From: Octopus vulgaris
Lineage: Eukaryota
DNA: 64,000 nt
Direction: 5' to 3'
Assembly: GCA_951406725.2 (NCBI GenBank)
Contig: OX597834.1
Span: 44,516,001 to 44,580,000, forward strand
The notes under the pieces are model-generated. The model had not been told where the DNA came from. It ran no database searches and saw only the letters and a program-made list of their open reading frames with translations. Within the stretch, counting starts at the first letter, position 1. Each line of letters begins with the position of its first letter. This document shows positions 50,490-62,680 of the stretch, one piece after another. Position numbers and translations under genes: made by a program.

Positions 50490-52429
50490 ACGATATTCTC
50501 TGATTTCTTTTCATATTTTCATACGGAGTTAAATAAAATTGTATCTCACATCCACATGAAGTTGTAGTCTGAATTCAAATCAGAGACTAGGACAAGAAAA
50601 GATCTGCACAATGAACTAAAGTCTACGAGACCAAACTCTATAAATGGTTAGTAAATTAATGAGTATGGCAACTATGCTTTGAAAATGGCACAGTTGCCAT
50701 ATTTCATTGGCATAACTAAAATGACGGAGTCGAATTTAATGTAGTATCTTCTGCCACAAAACACAGAATTTCAGTAATATTCGCTGCTCTCCTGCCAATT
50801 TCTTGGTTAACCGAATTATTGCGACAGCGAACGTTAAATGCATTTATTTTGAACATAGACTTAGTTAAAAGTTAATCATAGACAGGGTCTAGGTTTAGAG
50901 CTGGGTTGACAAATTTATCAAATGATTTAGTCGTGGAAAGAGTTAAGTGCCTGAGGCAAGAATACAGCAAACTATCCCATCTCTCCATGCATTAATCAGT
51001 CCTTTTCTGACTTACTTAAATATAAACATCTAAAAATATCAATTTCAACAGTAATTCAGCTTCTGATCAATATGATTGCATTTCTACAGAAAAGTCAGCT
51101 TTAATATAGTATCAAATTATGACCATCGTTATTGCTGACAAAAAAAAAAACGATAAGTAGATATAATTTTTTTTTAAATAAAGCAAATAAGTGAACATTA
51201 TTATTTTTATTTTTTTCTCTTTTTTGTTTAATGTTCTAAAAAAGGAATTATATTTTAATCATTTTTTTGACGGTCAAACTCTGCTATTTCATTTGAAATA
51301 AAATGTCTGCTTACTTTCCATTGATTAACGTTTATAGCATTATTCTAGGATATATTGAAAATACATTTGCCAAAATTATATCGATTGCACTTTAATTACG
51401 GTAGCCACCAGTTCTGAAATATCCAGCTAAATACAGAAAATCAACAAGTGTAATGAACCATTTATCACGTTAATCTTTGAATTCCTTCTTTTATTAATTT
51501 TTAGTACCAGTTATCATAAAATATAATGATTTCAGACACCATTGCAAAATTCCGATCACCGTTGTTGCGTTAGTTTCGGAGTTATTACTATTCCCCTCGT
51601 GAATTTTACATTCGTTTAAAATTCGAAAGATTTATTATTCAGTGAAATATATTAAAAAAATAAAATACTGGTGACTTGAAGAAAGCTGATACAATATTCA
51701 GCTTTGACTGACCACATTCGTCACAACACATACCATGCTACCTTTGACAAGTTGCTGTATTACCACCGAAGACTTTGTTTTATGATGCCATTTCAAAACA
51801 CGCCTCTACAGGAATTCCTCCTGTATAAACATAAGTGGCGAAGGTAAATGCCTTAGGATGTTTGGCTTGAGTCATAATGTCTAATTTTATTAGAATGATA
51901 TGACAGGAGAAATAGCGAGGCGTTATTATCCAAAGCAAGTAATATTTGCGATATTTCCTTCAAATTCTGTTCGAAACGAGAAATAGATTACATATTATTG
52001 GAACAGCAGATAAAGATGAAACGTCGACAGAGAAATCTAATAGACAGACAGAGTTCAACAGAATGTATGAGAAACTTTTGGGTGCACTAACGTTGAGCAG
52101 ACAGACAAATAGAAAATGTAGGTATGAATCAATGGAAAACTAATTCATATTCGAACTGCAAATTAATGCATCGAAAACTCACTTCAATGTAAACGGGGTC
52201 ACCACAAACACCAGCGTAACAATCCAATATCTTTTATAATAACGCAATAGAATTCACCAACATACTGCAAGCTCTTCATATACAAAATATAGAAATCAAT
52301 GGAACACTGCGAAAAATTTATACAAAAATCAAACCTCAGCATACTGATAGATGAAACTAAATGTGTGCAAAAAATATCGTCACACACAACATCCATATGG
52401 AAATGATACAAGTAATAACGTAATAACTC

Positions 52430-52607
52430 TTTCTGATATAGGCAAAGGGCTTGTAATTTGGGACAGGGAAATAGTCGAATGGTACTTATTTCATCGACCC
52501 CGAAAAGATAAAAGGCAAAGTCGACCTCGGCGGGATTGGAATCCAGAACATAGTGACAGACGAAATACCGCTCAGTTTTCCGCTCGGCGTGCTAACGATT
52601 CTGCCAG
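52430..52607 (-). mobile_element. SINE family B, diverged and internally deleted
   Basis: TGGTACTTATTTCATCGACCCCGAAA..AAGGCAAAGTCGACCTCGGCGG. Confidence 0.8.
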
Positions 52608-52968
52608 AAAATAAGAGTGAGGATTTTGTGAGACTACTCGACACCAACTACGTACATGAGCAGAAGGTTACATTTCTTCGACTAAAGGCGATGCTCCAGC
52701 ATGGCCGCACTCAAATGACTGAAACAAGTAAAAAGGTAAGAAGTAAACGATATTGCAGTGACTATCAATAATTGAATCCGAATTTGGGGAGTAGAGGTTT
52801 TGGTCTTATTTGCCCTCTTCAGAAAAATATAGATTTCTCCATGATTGCTAAATTAGAGATTGGAGAATCGTTGCAGTGACTTACAGTAATGTTCATAATT
52901 AGGTGTCAAAATTATCATAATTAGTAAACATTGCCGATGGCAACACCTGTACAAAAGGAAGAGAGAGA

Positions 52969-53006
<38 letters not shown>

Positions 53007-53580
53007 CAAACCGAGGGAGAGACAATTTATACTTAATGTAATGAGGGGAAAAAAGTTAATTAATACAACTTCGGGGATGGGAAAAACACATTAGTTCGCT
53101 CTCTAATTTAATCTGTTCTTGAAAGTAGGTGAAGAAAATCCGGATATTACATTTCAGCCTTCCTTTTATTTAGTAAATTAGGGGAATTCAGCAGACATCA
53201 TCATTAGCTTCAACAACTACACGACAAGTAACCCATCCCCACATATTCCTCATAATCGCAACAAAATCACGCATAACGAACATGTGAAAAAAACAAAACG
53301 AAACAGGAATAATTATACGGAATAGTTCTACCAAACGAATTACAGCAACTGACAGAGTAGAACATCATAACCAAGAACATACACACAAATATCCTTACAT
53401 TCGAACTATTATGAACCGAGCCCAGAAAACAGCGTGACATACATTTAATACTGACTTTCTGTCACCTCACAACTACTCATGCCGATATGTTTTTTTCTTT
53501 TGTTTGTTTCAATCATTTGATTGCAGCCATGCTGGAGCACCGCCTTTAGTCAAGTAAATCGAAGCCAGGACTTATTCTTG

Positions 53581-53865
53581 GTTACGGCAGCGGACTTGCG
53601 GTTGTAGGATCGTGGTTTCGATTCCCAGATCTGGCGTTGTGAGTGTTTATTGATCGAAAACACCCAAAACTCCACGAGGCACCGGCAGGGGGTGGTGGTG
53701 ATCCCTGCTGTACTCTTTCGTTACAACTTTCTCTTACCCTTTTTTCTGCCTGCTCGCTTAACCAGCGGGGTGGTGTCATTTGAAGGCAAAAACAATGTGA
53801 AGCGCATCGTGACCAGCGATATGTAACAACATCTGATAGCCTGGTCGGTCACGTGATCACGTGAT
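53581..53865 (+). mobile_element. SINE family C (first bases missing), RTE-type tail ending (CACGTGAT)2
   Basis: Homologous to 22233 and 57743. Abuts a minus-strand SINE A tail at 53500-53580. Confidence 0.9.
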
Positions 53866-53868
53866 ATA

Positions 53869-53950
<82 letters not shown>

Positions 53951-54030
53951 ACGATGAGAGGACATGAAATAGAATTCACGAGACTCCTTTTTCAAAACCA
54001 CTGCAACCGTTTGACTCATCATGCATCCAT

Positions 54031-54067
<37 letters not shown>

Positions 54068-54102
54068 TACACATATATATGTGTGTGTGTATGTGCGTGT
54101 CA

Positions 54103-54540
54103 CACTATCACTGTACCGACCAGACCATCAGATGTTGTTATACACCAATTATCACAATGCGCTTCTAATTCTGATTTGATTGGGTTATCTTTTCCATTTT
54201 GACCCAGACTGCTTGATTAAATCATCTTCCAATCATGATTTCCGAATTCACTCGTCCAATGTCTTGAACACCACTCAGCAACTGCACGGATCCACCTTCT
54301 GTCTGTGAAATTTCTGACATGTCCGGCCCAGCGGACCTTGTGTTTTCGGGACTCTGCAATCTCATCGTACACTCTACTCCAATCTCGAGTTAACTCATTT
54401 GGAATGTTCTCTCTTAATAATATTCCTAGTATTGATCTTTCCATGGTCCTTTGCATCGTTGCCAATCATTCTATCTTCTTTGTAGAAGCCCATATCTCAC
54501 TTGTTATATAATTACGCAGATAGGACGGGGCTATTGAAGG
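54103..54540 (-). mobile_element. RTE-clade LINE 3' end
   Basis: ORF 54217-54465 reads TMQRTMERSILGI...KVRWAGHVRNFTDRRWIRAVAEW. Tail homologous to the SINE C tail. Confidence 0.9.
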
Positions 54541-55222
54541 GTCTGGCATATATGGTACTTTCTAGCTTTGTTTGTAGCATATCTTTGAGTTATAAGCCTC
54601 CCATCATGCTCTCATCCACGTCTCATACCAATTTCGCTTTAATTTAGCTCCTTACGCAAGCGCCTTTAATATACATTTCTCATTGCAAGGACAGCTTGTC
54701 GTGTTTATACAGTTGCATTTTTCATGTTTTTCTTGTGTGTTTTTTTCTGCGATTTTGTTATAGTGAGATTTACGAGCCTCTTATATCTAAACAACAAGTC
54801 TTTATTGTGATTTTGTTCATGTATTGTGGTACCTGTATGAAATATTCGCTGCTTGTTTTCATCTGGAAAACGTCCTTTGTTATATGTGTGGGTACTTTTG
54901 AAAGAAATGCGAATTATACAAGATTATTTTCCTATTTCTCTGTTGTTTTTGTACAGGTTCTTGAATGTACTTCACTATTTATATTATTATTTTTATCATC
55001 GTTTCTTTTGTTACTTATAATTTCTATAGATATCTTATACATTGAAACATCTGCCAATGTTATCTTGGAGGTTTTCAACTTTTAATTAAATTAAAATTTT
55101 CAATAAGACTGTGTAGAGTTATCCCATTCTATAAAACTCGCATTTAGTATGGTGTTCCCTGAAAGATTAAGATTAAAAATTAAAACAATGCTATATGTAT
55201 ATTGTACATTGTCACGTCTACG

Positions 55223-55518
55223 AAAGGCGGTCAGCTGGCAGAGTGGTTAGCACGCCGGGCAAAATTACATAGCGGCATTTCGTTCGTATTAACGTTCTGA
55301 GTTCAAATTCCGTCGATGTCAGCTTTGCCTTTCATTATTTCGGGATTAATAAAATAAGTACCAATTGAGCACGGGGGTCAATGTAATCGACTTGCCCCTT
55401 CCTACGATCTTGCAGGCTTTGTGCCATAATTTGAAAGGTATATTGTCACATCGACTTAATCCCTTTGTCCTTGTTTGTCCCCTCTATGTTTAGCCCCTTC
55501 TGGACAATAAAGAAATAA
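55223..55518 (+). mobile_element. SINE family B with tail type 2 followed by tail type 1
   Basis: Head AAGGCGGTCAGCTGGCAGA, B box, then two different tails. Confidence 0.85.
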
Positions 55519-56003
55519 GAAACATTGTTCTAAATTCATTCTGATATTTTATTTTTAAATTTCGACCGCAGGGAAGTCTATTTCTACGCCATTCGGTCTC
55601 CTAAATATTTTTCAGGTGATGTCATCGTGGCAGATCGCTATTTTATTTTTGCCGTGGTTGGCTTGTTGGTAGTTAGACACGTAACTATGGTTAATGCAGC
55701 AACTGTACTCTGGTGCGCGCTACAGTGTATGGGTCATGTTGTTTGATCTGTGGATTCCTTGATTGCTTCGTGCAGCTTATTGGGAGGAAGTTTTGTGCGT
55801 TCATTGTTCGTCTATGTCGGTGGTGGTGGTCGCTAAGTTAAGTTAGCTGATTCGATTATTGGAGGGTTGTAATTAATCTAATAAAATTAAGTGATCAGTA
55901 ACAAAACGTTGGTCGTAAATTTCATGTTTTTAATTAGAATTGTCGTAATTAATCCTGCTTTAACACATATTCTGACACCTCCTCGACTGCAGTTAGAGTA
56001 GTG

Positions 56004-56062
<59 letters not shown>

Positions 56063-56309
56063 CATCGTGGGGTTGTTACTAGCAGTGCTAGTTGTTGTAA
56101 TTTTGATTGTAATTATGATGTTGGTAGTAGTATCCCATGCATCGGTCACCACCACTCCGCCACCACCATCACCACCACCACAACAACAACAGCAACAACA
56201 ACAACAACAACAACAACAGTATTATTGTTTTAACTGTATTGTTTCTGCACTGTGAGCAATAAGCGAAATTTCGCATTCCCTCTTTACCATGGACCAAGTT
56301 TTCCTCTCA

Positions 56310-56374
56310 CTTCCTCTCTCTCTCTCTCTCTCTTTCTTTTTCTCTCCTTTCTCTCTCTCTTTTTCCTTTTCTCT

Positions 56375-56411
<37 letters not shown>

Positions 56412-56492
56412 CCTCTTTCTATCTCTATAAATCTTTTGCTCTCGACACCTAATTCCCCCGATTTCTCTCTCTATCTCTCTTTCCATCCTCTC

Positions 56493-56530
<38 letters not shown>

Positions 56531-56860
56531 ATTCTATAAATCTTTTGCTCTCCATACCCAATTTCCGCTGTCTCTCTCACTCGTTCTCTCTCTCTCTCTC
56601 TCTCTCTTTCTCCTAACTCTCTATAAACATTTTGCCCTCGACATATAATTTCTCCGATCTCTCTCTCATCTCCCACATTCTCTTTCTTTCTCTCCCCCTT
56701 CCCTCTCTCTCTCTCCTAACTCTCTATAAATCTTTTGCTCTCGCCATCTAATTTCCTCGATCTCTCTTTCCTTCCTTCCCTTCCTCCCTCTTTCCCTCCA
56801 CCCCTTTCTCTCTCTCTCTCTCTATCTTCCTCCTTCCCTTTCGTTCTTACTCTTTCTCTA
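56310..56860. repeat. Polypyrimidine tract containing four copies of a ~45-bp unit at about 100-bp spacing
   Basis: CTATAAATCTTTTGCTCTC..C.TAATTTCC variants near 56425, 56534, 56621 and 56724. Confidence 0.85.
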
Positions 56861-56944
56861 TTTTGTTGAATTATACTTTCCTGCAAATCTTAGACTATTT
56901 CCCTTGTTGCTTACGCTAGACTTTTTTAAAATCTTAACTAACCT

Positions 56945-57121
56945 AGGCGTAGGAGTAGCTTTGTGGTAAGTAGCTTGCTTACGAACTACATAGTTCAGGG
57001 TTCAGTCCCACTACGTGGTACATTGGGCAAGTGTCTTCTACTATAGCCTCGGGCCAACCAAAGCCTTGTGAGTGGATTTCGTAGACGGAAACTGAAAGAA
57101 GCCCGTCGTATATATGTATAT

Positions 57122-57204
<83 letters not shown>

Positions 57205-57272
57205 TGCATGTATGTATGTGCTTCTCCTTCCAACATCGCTTGACAACCGATGCTGGTGTGTTTACGTTCCTG
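56945..57272 (+). mobile_element. SINE family A, 3'-truncated
   Basis: Head, body, internal microsatellite and the start of the 3' half. Confidence 0.9.
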
Positions 57273-57274
57273 TG

Positions 57275-57612
57275 AATGTAGATAATGTCTTTCATCTCGG
57301 AAAGTTGATCACCACGACCTTTCCGGTGGACTTGCATTGCTTGGCTTCCATAGATCTGGGGGAAGTATCATGCTTCCATTGGACACTCTGTATCTCGGTC
57401 GCTATATCATACAACCAATAGATCCAGCTTGTTACAGGTCAAGGGATATCCATGTACTCTTGTATTGGCGGTACCAAGCTCAACCATTAACCTCTCCGTC
57501 ACCAACCCGTCTTCCCTTCTCTTCGTCATTGAGCATCCCCGGAACAAACTCTGCACAAACTTTGCATGTTCAGACCTTCATGAATATTTTTTTCCAACTC
57601 CAGACTCTATGC
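57275..57612 (-). pseudogene. mariner transposase internal remnant
   Basis: Across frameshifts: IHEGLNM.KVCAEFVPGMLNDEEKGRRV...LTC..SWIY.YD..TEIQSVQWKH..SPR..AKQCKSTGKV. Equivalent to the WVP linker and first catalytic-Asp (TxDExW) region. Confidence 0.85.
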
Positions 57613-57742
57613 TTACTGTCTATATTAGACACACTACGATCTGCATTTATCTATGTATCCATGCATACATGTATACACACACACACATACATACTCTGAT
57701 ACATACATACATACACACACACGAACACACACACGCATGTAT

Positions 57743-58063
57743 ATCGCGTGATCACATGACCGACCAGGCTATCAGATGTCGCTACACATCGCTGGTCACA
57801 ATGCGCTTCGCATTGTTTTAACCATCAAGTAAAGCCACCCCGCCACCCCGCTAGCTAAGCGAGCAGGCCAACAGAAGAAAGAATGAGAGAAAGTTGTGGC
57901 GAAAGAGTACAGCAGGGATCGCCACCCTCACTCCTCTGTCGGAGCATCGTGGAGCTTTAGGTGTTTTCGTTCAATAAGCACTCACAACGTCCGGTATGGG
58001 AATCGAAACTGCGATCCTACGACCGCTAGTCCGCTGTCCTAACCACTGGGCCATTGCGCCTCC
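57743..58063 (-). mobile_element. SINE family C, full length
   Basis: A box TGGCCCAGTGG, B box GTTTCGATTCCC, RTE-type tail. Confidence 0.92.
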
Positions 58064-58069
58064 ACATAA

Positions 58070-58136
<67 letters not shown>

Positions 58137-58810
58137 TGTATATGTATATATATACACACACTCACACAAACATTTATACAGAGAAGTCCTCTGTCAACAC
58201 TCGGTCCGAATGAGGTTATTTTTCTTAATAAATCCCTTCGATGTTGTTATTTCTTCTGTCGCGTCTTTATTTACCGATTTAATACAAAGTCTTACATTAT
58301 TTTATCGTCGCTATATTCCGGTGTATCACCTTTAGATGACCAGACCCACACGCGCAACGCACACACAAACAGACATATAACCACATATGCACATACACGC
58401 ATGGGATACATACATATATACACTCCTATACACACGGATACCCGACGACGCACCGCACTAAACATTCTTATTTAATTTATCACTCAATCATCAAAACCAC
58501 CCCACCACCGCCGCCGCCACTGCCACCGCCGCCTCCACCACAACCATCACCACCACCACCACCACCACCACCATCACCACTTACACTACTATTGCTAACT
58601 AATAACTACATTCTGATTGTCACCCTCTCACCCATAATGCCCTTTCCTCCCACTCTCATCTCCTCATCCTCTGATTTCTCTCTCTCCCACCATCCCCCCT
58701 CTCTCCTTCTCTCTGTCTCTCTCTCCCTCTTTCTCCTCTTCCCTCTCCACCGCGTATCAATGACACAGGCTCAATCTAATGAATAAAACGACAGGATGGT
58801 TTTTGCGTCC

Positions 58811-58910
58811 CTAGGTCAATATTACTAAGCGCTAATTAAAAATGGCTGCTGCCTCTCGAGCAGATGAAATTGGCATGGCAACTCAGGTGAAGTTTCCATG
58901 ACAACCAATC
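58811..58910. promoter_or_regulatory. Candidate cis-regulatory module (RFX X-boxes, CCAAT, E-boxes, homeodomain site)
   Basis: GTTTCCATGACAAC 58892-58905, ATTGGCATGGCAAC 58869-58882, CCAAT 58905-58909, CAGATG, CAGGTG, CTAATTA and AAAATGGC within 100 bp. Motif match only. Confidence 0.35.
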
Positions 58911-59644
58911 AAAAACTATTAATAAAAAGCAACAACAACAATAAAAGCAACAACAGCAGAAAAAAACATACAACAAAAAAAAAGCATCATACTACAGAAA
59001 AATACCAAATCACAAAACAAATGAAAGTAAAATATAATTAAAACAAAACAAACAAGAAAATAAAACAATTGAGAACAGCAGGAGAGAATAAACGTAAAAA
59101 GATTAGACAAAACAATGTAAAGTGTAATAATTTAATCAAACCATGTTGTTGTTGTTATTGTTGTTGTCGTGGATTTTGCTTTCCCTGTCGTTCTTGATCA
59201 ATAAACACGTTACCCACGTATTGAAACCCACGTAATCGTTGACTCATGTCAGCCAGGTTCGGTATTTCTAGCAAGCGAATAAATAACGAATCTCCGTTTA
59301 ATGTGTGTGACCTTACAGATGTCGGCCATCTTTTTCGTGGAATGACTGGTCGAAATTTTTTTAACCTGCATCGATGGATTAGTGTCAGTGTGTCTCCATA
59401 CCCACAAGCATGCAAGCGCACACATGCACACACTCATACTATTCCCCCTACACACACACAAATATATACGAACGCGCATGCGCATGTCTCTCTGTGTGTA
59501 TGCGTGCATGTGCTAGTATCTGCCTGTCTGAGCGTCTTCAATCTGTTTTACGGTCCACACTTGTCCTGTTTTACGGTCAAGTGCCTGTTAACATTCCTCT
59601 ATTCTCCATTACATGATGGCTGAATATATAATGAATAAATGTGC

Positions 59645-59880
59645 TTTTATTCTTTTAATTGTTTCGGTCATTTGACTGCGGCCATGCTGAGCCCCACTCG
59701 TTTAGTCGAACAAATCGACCCCAAGACTTATTCTTTGTAAGTCTAGTACTTATTATATAGGTCTCTTTAGCCGGACCGCTAAGTTACGGAGATGTAAACA
59801 CACCAGCATCGGCTGTCAAGCGATGGTGTGGAAACAAACACAGACACACAAACATATACATACACACACACACACATATA

Positions 59881-59949
<69 letters not shown>

Positions 59950-60120
59950 ATATATACGACTTGCTTCTTTCAGTTTCCGTCTACCAAATCCTCTTACAGG
60001 GCTTTTGTCGCCCCGAGGCTATATTAGAAGACACTTGCCCAAGATAGCACGCAGTGCGACTGAACCCAGAACCATGTGGTTGGCAAGCAAGCTACTTACT
60101 ACATAGCCACTCCCGCGCCT
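59645..60120 (-). mobile_element. SINE family A, full length
   Basis: Reverse complement colinear with 17244-17700. Confidence 0.92.
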
Positions 60121-60612
60121 ATATAGTATAGTAAATTACTATATAGCAAAGTGAAGTCGTTACTGAAGTCCGTTTCCTCGACTAAACCATTTAAAGATAT
60201 GCGACATCATGGCTGCAGTGTAACAAGTCAGTCAAATTGATACAAAATAATCCATATATATCCGTGTGCTTATGTCTTCGTCTATGGGATGTGTAGCTGT
60301 TCGTTTTCTTTTTTATTCTCGTTATATACACATGTGCTGACGGGTGTTCGTGTAGACATATTTAATATACATGTGTGTATAAGTGTTTTGTGTTTTCTAT
60401 TTGTATGTAACACTTATGTAATGTAAAACTGCACTGGTGTTCTTGGAATTCTCTGCTTTAATGATTTGCACAACAAAAACGCCGACAGCAGCAACAACAA
60501 CTACAACAAATATGGCATTTTAAAATGTCGATGTGATGTGTCCTTACCTGAACAGGTAAGTGCCTGTCTTCTGTTATTTCAGTCTTGTCCTATTTCGCTA
60601 TTGTAAGTAATA

Positions 60613-62066
60613 CCTCTAGATTCGTTACGTACAGAAGGGGAGCGATGGAGCACACTTGACGGACTGTCCGCATGATACCGGACGATTTTGACGTAAAACC
60701 ATTTCTGGCCACCGAGCAGATGTCACTGTACATTGCTTGTGAATATGGATACGAAACCAGCCGCCTTCAGGACAGTAAATATGGTCGACTCTATCGGAAG
60801 CTTTCGACTAATCTGAATTAATCAGGACCTCACCCATGCCAGGTAATATATCAACCCCTTCTATCGTCTACAAGTGAAGTGAAGATTGTGTTGATTAGAT
60901 CAGTCTGGTATGACACATTCCTGTTCTTCAGTGATTACTGTATCCACAAGTGCCAACCTCTTAGATGAAACCTGGGCCAAAATCTTCAACTGTGTATTTA
61001 GCAGAATTATGGGCCTAAAATATTTTAAATCTTCCTTATTCGGATCCTTTCTCGGTAGTACAAACACATTTTCTCGCAGGAGTGGGAATTCTAACGCTGT
61101 ACTACAACCTACAGTAGACATCTGCCAAGAGCCACCCAGACAAGTGCTACCAGCGCAAACCATTCAGCCCCATCGACTACTAGATCATACAGTCAACCAT
61201 CGCTGTCCATATTTCATCAGTTGTTGTCTACCTTTCGCAGGACAATGCATTCCCAGTCTAGAGTGCCTTTAGGTCGTCGAGATTGGTAGTAAAGTCCATC
61301 CCATCTTCGGTCCACCATCCCTCTGAAACAGTAAGGCGAAGAGCCACTGAAAAGCCGCACACATCCGTGTACAATCGAATATCACGCATCTCTCCCAATC
61401 CGTCAAACACCATATTGTGTCCTTGTTGCTGCATTGCACCTCTGCCATCCGGGACCATCAAAATGTTTTCGTTCCCCTATGCATGAGGGCACGCGCCCTG
61501 ACGCTGAAAACTCAACATTTGGGCTTAGCGTTCAAAAATCGGTCACGGTCCAGTCTTCCTACCAGCATGTCAGTTGTAATGCCTATTCTATGAACCTCTA
61601 GATCAGTGATACTCAAGGTCGTGGTCCGCGGCGAGTTTCCAGAAAAGAAAGAAACATTATAAAATGCGTATAAAATGCTTATGTAATGATGTATTATTTG
61701 TTTACAAAATAAATATAAGATTAAAAAGATTGTCATATTTTGTTATATTCATTATATATATTGTCTCCGGTATAAAGTAATATTACTAAAAAATATTACC
61801 GCTCTTTGGCATATAGGAGAAAAAAAAACTGCCGGTACCCCGCATCAGATAGTTTGAGAAGCACTGTTCTAGATTACAAACCATCACTCACTCTACACTA
61901 GAATTCTCTATTTATTCCTGATTAAAACTTTCTCTGTTTCCTTACTAAAACTTATGAATCTTAATCTCATTGCTGCTTTCAGAGCTGAACACACTGTCAG
62001 TTGTTTACGATTGCCCTTGTCAGCTCTCTCTTGGTTTCTTCCATAATCCAGTCTCGGAGAATTTGT
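60613..62066 (-). mobile_element. L1/Tx1-like LINE ORF2 remnant (reverse transcriptase N-terminal half), interrupted by a hAT MITE
   Basis: DLKYFRPIILLNTQLKILAQV..KRL, LINSD*SKASDRVDH and RTVRQVCSIAPLLYV are decayed RT motifs (RPIxLLN, DxxKAFDRVxH, xVRQGCPLSPLLY). Extent beyond the MITE is less certain. Confidence 0.85.
61604..61866. mobile_element. hAT (Charlie-like) MITE with 8-bp TSD
   Basis: TIRs CAGTGATACTCAA and TTGAGAAGCACTG. TSD CTCTAGAT/TTCTAGAT fits the NTCTAGAN preference of hAT-Charlie elements. Confidence 0.85.
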
Positions 62067-62229
62067 CACACACACACACACACAGACACACACACACAGA
62101 CACACACACACAGACACGCACACACAGACACATATTTATGCATAACACCTTCGGTGAGTGCCTTGTGCTATATCCTCAGGCTAACTAAACCTTGATAGTG
62201 GATCTCTTAGCGAAATCTGAAAGATGTCC

Positions 62230-62335
<106 letters not shown>

Positions 62336-62374
62336 CGTATATATATATTTATACATATATATATATATGTATAA

Positions 62375-62449
<75 letters not shown>

Positions 62450-62595
62450 GTAGACACTTTAACGTGTCCTTATGATTAATATAATTCCAATTCTATGGCT
62501 ATAGGACGCCGATTTAGGCCTTCAACCATCTCTACATAATGTCGTTGTTTGTATCAATATTTCTATTGCCTTCCATAATAATAACAATATTAATA

Positions 62596-62680
<85 letters not shown>

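Noticed and set aside
56400-56770. Repeat-spacer pattern superficially like a CRISPR array
   Set aside because: Eukaryotic context, degenerate repeats, (CT)n spacers and no cas genes.
60127-60143. TATAGTAAATTACTATA as a collapsed footprint of the 11141 MITE termini
   Set aside because: Only 7-8 AT-rich bases per side, easily produced by chance.
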